NCBI GenBank assembly: GCA_964016885.1
Contig: OZ024740.1
Coordinates: 312,480,001 to 312,544,000, forward strand
Reading direction: 5' to 3'
Length of the DNA: 64,000 bases
Origin: Eledone cirrhosa
Lineage: Eukaryota
This document shows, in pieces, positions 37,831 to 51,322 of the stretch. A program made the translations under genes and the position numbers. The notes beneath the pieces are model-generated. The model was not told where the DNA came from. It searched no databases and was given only the letters and a program-made list of their open reading frames with translations. Each line of letters begins with the position of its first letter. Positions within the stretch are counted from its first letter, which is position 1.

Positions 37831-39240
37831 TGTTGTGTGATTAAGTGTGCGTGTCTTTTCCCACTTTTTCTTTTTTTACTTCTTTAAATTGTGTTTACAT
37901 ACTAACTTATAAATTGTGTTTATCAATAAAGATACAGAATCTCAAAAGAAAGAAAAAAGTATTGGCAAAACACACACCCTTGGCCTTACGGTATATTTCA
38001 GCTGCGTCCCGCAAACAAGGTGAAAAGATTCAACTTCTCGGGGCACTTCCTCAGGCGAATTGGCAGAGTCGTTAGAACATTGGATAGAATGTTTTGCAGT
38101 ATTCGTTTGGCTTTCTGCTCTCTGAGTTCAAATCCAGCCGAGGTCAACATTGCCTTTCATCCATTCGAGGTTGATAAAAATGTACTAGTCTAGTTCTGAG
38201 GTCGATTCTTCCTCTATACCTCTTTCTCACTTCCATTCTCTCACCCTCTCTATCCTTCTCTTGAAGAAATCTGTTGTATTCAGACCTGGAGAGATGGGCT
38301 TCACCAGGTTTTAAAATACCCTAGAAACGCTGTATGTTAATATGGCGACCCTATGACTCCCTTAAGATTTACGGGACCATGCATTCTTAAAAAGTGAAAA
38401 GTTGTTTCAGGATGTACATACCAGCTTAGATAGTAGTAAGCTCGCAGTGCAAGGAAGCTGTGTTGTCTATATGAAGAGGCAGATGATTCTGTGTGTGGTT
38501 GAAGTGCTGATGGAAGAATTGCTGTCGGGCCCTTCTCAACAGAGACATAGTATTTTGCTAAGTGCTACATCTCGCTACTTGCTTGAGCAAGTCGAAGTGA
38601 TGGTTCTCTCCCAAGGAACCAGAGTCGAATGACTTAAAGAAAAACTTATCTCACTTCACCTCAAGCTACCCAGGCTCTCCAGACTGACGCCAACCGAGAT
38701 AAAGAGAAATAGTAGCTAGATATCATTCGAGAGTCAGTATGTGCCAAGAGGTTTCGCTACATATATATTTAAAAAAACGAAAAAAAACAACAGAATTATT
38801 CGAAACCCGAGAGTAAGTAAAATTAAATTGAACCAACTAACAAATAACTATTAACCCTTTAGCATTTACATTTCTCTATATTTACTATTGTATTTTCATG
38901 GTAAACACTTTATCTTACATAATTATCTATCTATCTATATACTACTAAAATTCTGTGATTGCTTGCTTGCTTGTCTGTAATGTAATACAGCCAAAAGGGC
39001 AAATAATGGAAAAATACTTTGAAAGGAAGTTGACCCTGAAATGGGAATACAAATGGAATAAAACAAGTTTCGCGTAAATCGGAGCACGGGTTCCCGAGAT
39101 ATGGGGTTTTTCCGGGTACCTTGATAAACAGAGAGAAAGAGATAGTGGTTGTGAGAGTGTAAATTGAAAGAGAGACATAGAGAAAGGGAAGGAGACAAAG
39201 AAGGAGAATGAAAGAGAAAGAGCTGGTGGTGTTGTATATA

Positions 39241-42060
39241 TCATCATCATCATCAACGTTTAACGTCTGTGTTCCACGCTTGCATGGGTTTGGACGGGGG
39301 TTTTCCTACTTGAGGCAAGAGTGATTGTCTTGCTTGCATAGGACTGTCTGGCGGGTTTTCTACAGCTGGATGCCCTTCCTAACACCAACCACATTTACAG
39401 TGTGGGGCTGGGAGGTTTTTACCGTGTTGCCTACACGGCCACATTACAGCGTGGACTGTCTGGCGGGTTTTCTACAGCTGGATGCCCTTCCTAACACCAA
39501 CCACATTTACAGTGTGGGGCTGGGAGGTTTTTACCGTGTTGCCTACACGGCCACATTACAGCGTGGACTGTGTGTTTTTTTGTCGTGACACCTACACGAT
39601 CTCATTTGTTTCGGCCTGGATGTTGTGGCACCAACATAACTTTACATTGAAAGGGGAGGTGTGGATGGGGTGGGGGTGGTGGGACGGAGGGTGTGTTTTG
39701 TTAGAGATGCCTACTGACTGTAGTAGGTTTTACTTTGTATTTAGGTAAGGCGGGTCTTCTCTATTACTGAGTACCGCCAAAGGTCTCGGTCCAGTGACAT
39801 TGTCTTGGAGAGGTGTAAGCGTGTGAGGTCGGAATTTATCAAGTCGTCCCAGGTTTTTCTGGGTCTGCCTACTCCGTGGCTACCATCTATCTTTATTGCC
39901 CTGCACTTTGTTATACAGCTGTCGTCTTTCATGCGCATCACGTGACCATACCAACGTAGCCTTCTCTCGAGTAAACAACATCTGATCCCTCTTATTTCTA
40001 ATTTTTTCCTTAGTTCGTTTATGCTTAGCCGTTCAAGTATATTACTATCCTCTGCACACAATGCCCAGGTCTCACTGCCATGCAGCATTGCTGTTCGTAT
40101 GCAGGCACCATACAACCTGCCTTTCATTTTTAGGGAGAACCGTTTAGCGGCTAATAGTGGTATAAGCTCTCTGAACTTTTTCCATCCAGTTCTGACTCTA
40201 GCTACTGTACTTTCAGAGCACCCTCCCCCACTGCTGATTTTGTCACCCAGGTAACGGAAGCTGTCCACTATTTCTATAGAACCCTCTGCGCAATTGAAAG
40301 GGCTAGTATTTTGTGGGCACTTGCTGCTACTTATTGCACCAGAGCACCGGCCACATGTAAAATCTATGTTCTTAGTTAGCTTACCTGTGATCCCACTACA
40401 TCTTTTATGCACCCATACTTTGCATTTGGGACATAAAATGGAGTTTCTACCTATGCCTTTCCTACACACTGAGCATGGCCATTTCCCGGAAGGGACCGCC
40501 GCCTTATTTTCTTTCCTACAAACTAGAACTTTAGTCTTAGCCAGGTTAATTTTAAGGCCTTTTGATTCTAGGCCGTGCTTCCATGTTTGGAATTTCTTCT
40601 CTAGCTCGGTCATTGATTCAGCTATGAGCGTTAGATCATCTGCGTATAGGAGTTCCCATGGGCAGCCGGTCTTGAACTCCTCTGTTATAGCCTGAAGGGC
40701 AATAATAAATAGTCGGGGGCTAAGAACAGAGCCCTGATGGACACCAACTTTTACGCTAAACTCTTCACTATATTCGTTGTTAATTCTAACCTTGCTGACT
40801 GTTTCTTTATACATAGCTTGTATAGCTCTCACAAGCCATTCGTCAACACCGAGTTTTCTAAGAGCCCACCAGATAATGGAACGGGGGACTCTGTTGAAGG
40901 CTTTCTCCAAGTCAACAAAAGCTAAGTATAGGGGTTTACTTTTAGCTAGGTACTTCTCCTGTAGTTGTCGTACAATGAAAAGAGCGTCTGTGGTACTTTT
41001 GCCTGACACAAACCCGAACTGCATTTCATCTAGATCAATTCTCTCTCTGATTAGTTGCGCTATTACTTTTTCTGTGACCTTCATGACCTGGTCGATTAAT
41101 TTAATGCCTCTATAGTTACTCCTATCTAGGGCATCTCCTTTACCCTTGTAACAGTTAATGATGATGCTGCTATGCCAGTCCTTCGGAACAACCCATTCTG
41201 TATGACTTGGTTTACTATCCGGGCGACCATGGTGTGTCCCACCGTTCCAGAGGCTTTCAGCATCTCAGCAACTATTTCCGAAGGCCCAGCCGCCTTACCC
41301 GTCTTCATATCTTTGATTGCCTTACTTATTATACTACCTTCAATTAACACTGCTGGTCCCTCTATTGGGTCGATGTGGGGGAGACTGTCTTTTTCCCATT
41401 TGTTCTCCTCATTTAGAAGCCTTTCGTAGTGACACTTCCAAGCTACCTTCTTATCAGCGTCAGTGATGGCAAGTATGCCATCATCATTAAGTACACACTT
41501 CTCCCCGACAATATCACGGTTTTCCTTGACACATTGCCTAGCAATCCTGAACACCTCACGTTTTTGGTCCTCACGTTGTAGAACATGCTTGAACTTTCTT
41601 TCCTCTGCTTCCCTTCTTGCGAAGTACACTTGTCTCCTAGCCTCCCTCCTGGCCACTTGATAGTCTTCTCTACTTCCCCCATCCCGCCATACTTTCCAAG
41701 CCTGCTTTTTGGTCTTAATTGACTCCTCCACCTTACTGTTCCACCATCATGTTACTCTCCTCCTACCTACAGGCCTGCTCCAGCCACAGACTTCGTCTGC
41801 CGCCGTCAGCAGGTTTGCTTTCAGGAATTCCCACTGTTCCTCTATATTATACGACTCTAATTGCTCTTCCTTACTGTCGAAAGCATCAAGTAATATGCTT
41901 TGAAATTTATTTCTGGCTATGGGGTCCTTTAGCTTCCATATTTTTCTCCTGAGGATAGTCCTCTTCTGCTGTCTAGTACGTCTCGTCCTGACTATGAGGT
42001 CGCTAATTATCAGTCTATGTTGGGAGGTGCATTCTTCATGGGGGAGGGATTTAGTGTTAA
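39241..42060 (-). mobile_element. RTE-clade LINE, subfamily A, nested in Helitron unit 1
   Basis: 447-aa RT ORF 39741..41084; near-identical to 18606-21420; duplicated ~114-bp block in the 3' UTR. Confidence 0.95.
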
Positions 42061-42628
42061 CAAATATATATATATATGTGAGTGTGTGTATATGTGTGTG
42101 TCTATGACCAGTGTGTATAGATCACAGACACCCACATATGTATATACACACACACACATATATATATATATGTATACACACACATTTATATATACACACG
42201 TATATTTATATAGGCGTTCCAGTTTCATTTCACATTATATACATGTCTGTGGATATTTTAATTATTTAAAAATTATTATTAAGTGATTTAAAAAAAATAT
42301 TTTGAAGTGAATGTGACCCAACAGGTCACGGGTGGTCTAGTATAATACTAAAAGTCTGTGATTGCTTGCTTACTTGTCTGTAATGTAATACAGCCAAAAG
42401 GGCATATAATGGGAAAATACTTTGAAAGGAAGTTGACTTTGAAATGGGAATACAAATAGAATAAAACAAGTTTTGTGTAAATCAGACCACAGGTTCCCGA
42501 AATATGGGGGTTTTCTAGGTACCTTCATAAACAGAGAGAAAGAGAGACATAGATAGAGGGAGAAGAGACAAAGAAGGAGAATGAAAGAGATGGTGTTGTG
42601 TATATATATTTATGTGAGTGTGTGTGTA

Positions 42629-42969
42629 TCATCATCATCATCATCATTTTACGTCCGCTTTTCCCTGCTTGCAAGGGTGGGACGGGAAATGATTCTGGCT
42701 TGATTTCTACAGCTGGATGCCCTTCCTAACACCAACCTCATTTACAGTGAGTGCTGGGTGCTTTTTTTCCGTGGCACCTCCACGACCATTTTGCAGTGGA
42801 AGGATAGGGATCCCAGTCCCTATCATCTCATTTCTACAGCTGAGTAAACTGGAGCAATGTGAAATAAAGTGTCTTGCTCAAGGAAACAACACATCACCCG
42901 GTCTGAGAATTGAACTCACAATCTTTCGATTGCAAGCCCAATGCTCTAACCACTAAGCCATGTGCCTCC

Positions 42970-42970
<1 letters not shown>
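42629..42970 (-). mobile_element. CORE-type SINE nested in Helitron unit 2, chimeric 3' end
   Basis: Homologous to 22508-22908, but its terminal ~40 nt match RTE subfamily B. Confidence 0.8.
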
Positions 42971-43058
<88 letters not shown>

Positions 43059-43536
43059 TGTGTGTCTGTGTGTATTTGTGTGTGTATTCTAAGACCAGTG
43101 TATATAGATCACAGACACCCACATATGTATATACACACACACACATATATATATATGTATACACACACACATTTATATATATACATACACACATGTATAT
43201 ATATGGGCCTTCTAGTTTCATTTCACATTATATACATGTCTGTATATTTTAATTATTTAAAAATTATTTTTAAGTGAACATGATTTTAAAAAATATTTTG
43301 AAGTGAACGTGACCCAATGAGTCATGGGTGGTCTAGTATACTACTAAAACTCTGTGATTGTTTGCTTGCTTGTCTGTAATGTAATACAGCCAAAAGGGCA
43401 AATAATGGGAAAATACTTTGAAAGGAAGTTGCCCCTTGAATGGCGATACAAACGGAATAAAACAAATTTTGCGTAAAATCGAAGCACTGGTTCCCAAGAT
43501 ATGGGGTTTTTCTGGGTACCTTTATAAACAGAGAGA

Positions 43537-43578
<42 letters not shown>

Positions 43579-46019
43579 TAGTGGTTGTGAGAGAGTAGAT
43601 TGAAAGAGAGACATAGAGAAGGAGAATAGAAGAGAGAGTTGGTGGTGTTGTGTATATATATATATGTGAGTGTGTGTGTCTATATATATGTGTGTGTGTG
43701 TCTATGACCAGTGTATATAGATCACAGACACCCACATATATATATACACACATATATATATATATATGTGTGTATACACACACACATTTATATAAATACA
43801 TACACACATGTATATATATGGGCCTTCCAGTTTCATTTCACGTTATATACATGTCTGTGTATATTTTAATTATTTAAAAATTATTTTTAAGTGAACATGA
43901 TTTTAAAAAAATATTTTGCAGTGAACGCGACCCAATGGGTTACGGGTGGTCTAGTCTCACATAATATCGAATCTATGAAATTTTGATGTTATTTATTTTG
44001 AGAACAATACCTTAACATAAGTATGAGCAGTCAGTTATGTCCAGTTTGAACAGAAAGAGGTAAGAGAATTCTGGCCAGAGATGGCTGGTTTAAATGCTAA
44101 AGGGTTAAACTTATTGCTGGATAGGTTGTTAATGTTTTCAGTTGTTAGCTCATCTTGATGTAACATCCAACATAAGCATGTAGTTGTTTATCCAAGCAGA
44201 CCATGGAGTTGGAGACACTTACAGTTCAGAGATACAGTGTATGCATTTCCCTTTGTCCAGTTCACTCCAGTGGTTAAAGGAGGGTTTTAGCTTTCCAGAG
44301 TTTTTCAGCATCTGTGTGTTCTACTAAGACTTCTTTTAATAAGGTTTGCTTCATATAATTCTCTATGTTGAAACACTACACTGGGTGATGATGTTGCTTT
44401 ATAAAAATGTTCTAATACCCTGTGCTGGAGTTGGCATTTAGTAGATCCAATATATAATTTTCTTCACATATGCAATTGATTTTATAATCAATGTCGGTTT
44501 TTAAATATGTTTAACAGATGCTGTTTGGAAATCTGCTCTCAGATCTGAGCAGGCACTGTCTAAGTGTGCAAGTTGCTTGTGTATTGTTGTTGGGTTATAA
44601 ATATTTTCAAAGTATGTGAACGTACCTCATCACTTTAACTGGAAGACTGGACCACTTTATATGATTTTTTAAAAACAGTTTTCAATCTAGATTAATATAC
44701 TAGGTTAATATACATCAAGATTATTTCTCTATTTGTCTTTCATCCTTCCTTTTATGACTGCTACCATTGTTACTGTTGCCATTCCTCTGGTTGACATCAG
44801 GGCCTAGTGGTCTGTGATCTCTACAATCATTGTCTTCCCCCTGTAATGCCCACTCGGTTCATAGAGTATTGTCCAAAACCTCCAGCAGACAGCAATTCTC
44901 TGAAGATCATCTCTACCAAGCTTTCTAAGCATGGTCTCATCACATTTGTCCATATGTCAGACAAGTTCATTCTTTGATAAGTGGTAATTTAGGTTTTGTA
45001 GTTATGCAGAATCTACATGGAACACAAAATGTCTTTCTTGCTTCCTTGTGGAACTGGATGATGGCTTGCTCTGGGAAAACAAAATGTCTTTCTTTGCTTC
45101 TTTCTTGTGGAACTGGATAATGGCTTGCTCTGAAGTGAAAGACATACTAAAATCAGACAGATGAAGGGAGACATCTATGTAGCATGTTTAATGTTGAATT
45201 TTGATATTGTAGATGGCATTGAAGGCTTCATATATTTTCATGGCCTTGTCTCTGAAATGGCTGAGTACTAAAGTACCATTCATGCCTCTCTAGCACAGTA
45301 AAAAAATGTTGCCTGGGGTATAGTCCTCTTCATTCTAAGTCATCCAGTGACAGGGTGGCTAGGATCACACTGAGTCTGCTGGACTATCAGTAAGTTATAC
45401 CTTTCAACAAGAGATCTGAGGTTTGTTGACAGGAAGTCTGCACCAAGTTTTTGTTTTCTTTCCATGCATTGTTGGACTGTTTATAAGGTGAAATATTGGT
45501 GTACATGGAGTTTACATCTTAACTTATCTGCATAGTTGTTGTCCACTCATATTTTTTGGGGGAAGAACCTGAGAAGACATTCAATATGTTGCTATTTGCT
45601 CACTAGATGTGTTGGTATGTGAGTTGTGAGAGGTTTAAGTTACGATGCTTAGAACCATTAACAACCTATCCTACAACAAAGCTCAGTCTACAATTATTTG
45701 TTAGTTGATTCAATTAACTTATTCATATAGTATATCTAACTATCTGTCAGTTTATCAATTAAACTCTAGCTTGGTCTACATACATGCCTATATATCTATA
45801 CTTTGAAAGTTATACAGATAGAAATTAAGGCCAAAATAGGCAACAAAATGTCTATCATTTTAAGCAAATTTGATATTTTGCTATCTTGTTCTTATTTCTT
45901 CACATTGCTTTAAACAACAATAATGTATGTATTTATAAATGGCTGTTTTTAGGTTTCAGTAAATATGCCCTGAATAAAAGACTAATCTACAGCTTCTAGA
46001 TTCAAAATAATATTTATTA

Positions 46020-46970
46020 TTAAAAGTGGTCATGTAGGTTTCACAACAAAAAGTGCCCAGTCCACACTGTAAAGAGGTTGTGTAGGTGTCATGCAAAAAG
46101 CACCCAGTCTACACTGTAAAGTGGTTGTTTTGGTGGCATGATAATAAGCCCCCTGTCCACAATGTAAAATGGTCGTGCAAGTGTCATGACAAAAAACACC
46201 CAGTCCACACTATAAAGTGGTCATGTAGGTATCATGAAAAAAAGCACCAAGTCCACAATATAAATGTGGTTGGCGTTAGGAAAGGCATCCAACTGTAGAA
46301 ACCAAGGCATAAAAAGTTCTGTGTGAGCAAGACAGTCATCTGATCTGACTTGTCTCACAACGGGACAACTCATCTAACCCATGCTACTGTGGAAAAATGG
46401 ACATTAAACGATGATGATGTCACATTTACATTGCATATCCAATGAAGCATGGTTGCTTTATTTCTCTCTAGCTTACAGTCACTGCCCATGTTTCACTACC
46501 ATACAGCATTGCACTTTGCACACAGACATCATACAGCTGTCCTGTTTTATGTAGGGAGAAACCTTTTGTTGTTAACAGTGGAAGTAGTTCTCTAAACTTA
46601 TTCCATCCTATCCTTATTCAAGCTATTACCCTCTCAGAGCACCTTCCTCCACTGTTAATTAGGTCTCCCAGATAGAAGAAGCTATTAACCACTTCTATGG
46701 ATCTTTCATGTGATTGGAAAAGGTTTATATCCTGTCGATTACCTTTGTGCATCTATTATATACAAATAATTCCTTTCCTGTTAGTTTACCTGCTATCTCA
46801 CTGCACCTCTTGAGTACCCAAGATTTGTATTGTGTACATCATATAGAGTTTCAGCCTAATCCTTTTCTACATATTGAGCATGGCCATTTCCCTGATGAGA
46901 TGAAGGTCCTGTCTTCTTTCCTGCTTACCAACATTTTATTTTTGTCTAAGTTTACTCTCAGCCCTATTGG
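46020..46970. mobile_element. Decayed RTE RT fragment (46430-46970, minus) next to an RTE-type 3' tail (46020-46420, plus)
   Basis: Degenerate GKWPC..C...VLKRC, SFFYLG, LYDVCVQSAMLYGSETW on the minus strand; tandem cactgtaaagtggtc units. Confidence 0.75.
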
Positions 46971-47900
46971 TTGTAAATTCAATCTCCTATGTATATATGT
47001 ATAGTTTAGTTACCGAGGCTACAGGAAAAACATTTTCAATAATCTCAGTTCCTCTCAATTACTCATTCAATAAGAAATTGTTTTAATGTATACACAAGCC
47101 AACCAATGTCAGAGTGCAAACAAAATGTATATTTGTAATGGAGCAGTTGCACATAGTTTTGTCTTCGACCGATGGGTTTCTACAAGTGCAGACTGCACAA
47201 ATGGATGCAACTCATAATCTACTAGCTAGTGGCAGCATAAGTGCAAATATGCCTGCCAAAATACTGCAATGTTTCGTCAGTGGATGTTATTAAAATGCAA
47301 AAAACTCGAGGTAGCCATGTCCAGAGGTCAGTTACTACTACCATGAAGGTTGTTGGCAGCATGTAGTGACATCACGGGTAGAAGAACAACCTTTTGTTCA
47401 TCTAGGGACTGTACTGGCAGGAAAATAATGTATATAATTAAATATATAGATGGAAAAAGTAGTTTCTAAATCATTTTTAATTCCTTACACTGTAAAGTGG
47501 TTGTGTTGTTGACACAGCAAAAAGCGTCCACTACACACTGTAAAGTGGTCGTGTAGGTGTTATGACAAAAAGCGCCCAGTACACACTGTAAATGTGGTTG
47601 GCACCAGAAAGAGCATCCAGCCGTAGAAACCAAGCCCAAATCAGTTCTGTATGACACGGTCAGCTGATCTGGCTTGTCTCACAACGGAACAGCTCGTCTA
47701 ACCCATGCTAGCGTGGACAATGGACGTTAAACAGTGATGATGATGAATATATAAGATCCAGTTAAGGGTGAAAGCAGCGATTCTTTGCTTAAACTTTAAT
47801 GTTATTTTAATAAATATTTGCTCTAGGGTTCTTATATATTTGATATATATTTATCCTTATCGAGCCCTCTTTGGATCTTAGTCATCATATTTATTATTAT

Positions 47901-48512
<612 letters not shown>

Positions 48513-49834
48513 GGACTATATATAAATATTTCGATGGCCCAGCTGATCATGATGCAAGACTTAGGTGATTTCATCAGATATTAATTGCAGAATTAGTTCC
48601 ATAAAATAACAGGATCACGGCGAACACAAACAGGGAATAGAAAATAGAGAACCGATTTTATTCGGGGATAGCTTGCTAATTCAGTGTTATTTTAACGGCA
48701 AACCATATATATATAATTACATATATGGGCAGGTTTTAAAATCCGGAACAGTAAATTTCTACCAGATATGAAGAGGGAGTATTAGACAAAAAGTGAGAAA
48801 GAGACATAGAGGAATAATCAACTCCAGCACTGGACTGCTACATTTTTTATCGACCTCGAAAGGATGAAAGGCAAAAGATGCCCTCAGTTGGATTTGAACT
48901 CAGAGCGCAGAGATAGAAGAAATTCCACAAAATCTCTCCCTCACTCTATATATGTATATACAGACACACAATGAAAAAGAAGACCGGATCAGATTTTTTA
49001 CTTTTTTAATGCTTTAAAATTGTTATATATATATATATAATATATATATGATATGTTTTTCTCAGAAAGATACTTTATAATATACGGAAAGCATATTTGT
49101 TTTGAATGACGAAGAAGCCAAATTAGAAAAGAAAAAGCATCATCAACATCAGCAAACAGGAAGAATGAGGGATGGGTAAAGGATGGCAAGTGTTTGGTAT
49201 TCAGTGTTCACCAATTACAAAATCACACCCTAAAGATATAAACATTGTCGCACTTGTCACATCTGATGGCATGTTCGGTTATGTGGAGATATTGATGATA
49301 TTTTCTTTACAATTGCCACTAACTTTTCTCGTTATTTATTTATAGCTATTTATAGCCATAACTCCAGAGCATACGTTTATGTTATTAGTGTGAGAGAAAG
49401 AGAATTAGATTTATAAATTTATATATAAAACTCAAACGAACACATACATGGACTATATGAGAAAGTTACGTAGGTAGTTAGACAATCAAAGATAACTTAA
49501 TAGACATCTATAATATTAGATTTATAAAATACAGTTGTATAAGCGAAATGAAAGAACAGCATAGCATAGCTAAAGTAAGTGGTATCAACATAAATGTTGT
49601 TTGTTGTGGGTTTTCTTTAGTATGTAGAACGTAAATAGTTCCGGGACTTCATAATAATACTAAAATAAAAACTCTGGAGAAGTTAGCCATGACACTAAAA
49701 ACTTTCTAATAATATGTATTAGCAAGGAAGACAAACAATTCCAACAACAAAAACAATAACTAAAACCTGAGTGAATATTCATAATGTTAATAAGAGAAAT
49801 ACAGGGAAAGAAGCAGTGGGAGAGGGAGAAATAG

Positions 49835-49936
49835 AGTGACCAATGAGAACGGTGGGGGCGACTAGCTCATGACTGCTAACAGCCAATCAAATGACTGCTT
49901 TCGTTTAAGTCCAGTCGCAATTTTGAGAAGATGGCG
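49835..49936 (+). promoter_or_regulatory. Housekeeping-type core promoter: two CCAAT boxes, GC box, YY1 motif over the ATG
   Basis: GACCAATGAG ~49838, GGTGGGGGCG ~49851, AGCCAATCA ~49881, AAGATGGCG 49928-49936, in locally GC-richer unique sequence. Confidence 0.55.
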
Positions 49937-49945
49937 TCGGTTGGG
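49931..49945 (+). CDS. Probable short first coding exon (MASVG) of an unidentified gene
   Basis: gaagATGGCG start context directly followed by donor GTGAGT at 49946; promoter motifs upstream; no downstream exon identified in the window. Confidence 0.5.
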
Positions 49946-51275
49946 GTGAGTTTGGCTCATTTAAATTTAACCCAATTGTTTAATGTTGCACATTAGGCTT
50001 TGGTGGTCATCTCACCAAAGCAAGAGAAATAGTAAATATAGACCACCTTTAAATTTATTTTTCTTTCCTTCTGTTAGTTTTTTACTTGTATTACGAATAG
50101 ATGTTGTGTATTTTTATAAAGTTTATAATTGTATATTATGTTTTTATATATCTTCCTTTATTTAACTTCAAACTTCAATCAACTTCTTTACTATATATGC
50201 TATTGTCATCACCACTAGTGTTGTTATTTTACAATTAATATCTGTTGCCATTTACAGTTGATGTCTATATCTATAATATTTATATATATAATGTAATTAT
50301 ACATAATCGGTGTGTGCTTGCAATAATAATTACTACACTTTTTACTATTTACTTTTTGTTGCCCTTGAGCAAAAGAAATCATTATTAATATTTTTTACTA
50401 CAACCCTAAATATCTGTTGCTGTTCAGTTTAATATACGATATATATGTGATATAAATACATGCATTATATATATATATATAATATATATATATATATGTG
50501 TGTGTGTATACATACAAACACATATTTGTATATTTAATTATTACAATCAGTATTATCACTTTTTTTTCGAAGCAACTTTCCATAACTTTTATATCTTAAT
50601 GTGTTTTTCTTTATGTGTGTGTGTATTCTATATTTGTTAATACTGTTTGTGTTGAAGTAACTTTCGTAACTTTGAAAATGAGTAAACAATACAACACCAA
50701 TAACATTCTCTCTCTCTCTCTCTACTTTGTGTGTTTGTACATACATATATATACACACACATATATAGGTAGAGGTATATAATATTCCATTCTCTCCTAT
50801 TAGTTCGTCTTTCTCTTTATACATATGTAGTTTTCTTCTAAATATGTTTGTATGTCTAGATTATATATATATATATACACGTTTAAGAAATTCGAATTAA
50901 AAAACGACCCGTTCCAGGTACTTTGGAGTTTACCCCCCTCCTCTCACTGCCTGTCAACATCATAATTAGAGATGTTTATAAACTAACGGCGAAAGAAAAA
51001 AAATATATAAAGGCATCTGTTTTTGACACTCGTCTTTTGGATCCCTCCCTGTTGACAAGTTTGTTTGATTTCTTCCGTTACGCACAACAGTGACTTCGTA
51101 AGTTACAGCTCAATGCATAATTAAACGTATTTATGTTTGTAAGCATTTACAATTGGGTTCATTAGTAAGAGTTTCTTTGCTAATTCCTTTATCTATATAT
51201 TTTCTTTCCGCTGCGCTGCAAAACGCATACAAAACAATATTTCTATTTGATGTTTACATACAACCACACAAGTTA

Positions 51276-51322
<47 letters not shown>

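Larger units (their letters stand above)
38930..43954 (+). mobile_element. Tandem trimer of a ~600-bp non-autonomous Helitron (units end at 42340, 43336, 43954)
   Basis: 5' TCTATATACTACTAAAA; each unit ends in hairpin CGTGACCCAATGGGTCACG (consensus) + GGTGGT + CTAG followed by T; head-to-tail junctions. Confidence 0.85.
38851..44108 (-). mobile_element. Family-1 MITE split in two (38851-38925 and 43955-44108) by the Helitron trimer
   Basis: The two halves together reconstruct the reverse complement of 6147-6345; TTAA at both outer ends. Confidence 0.8.
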
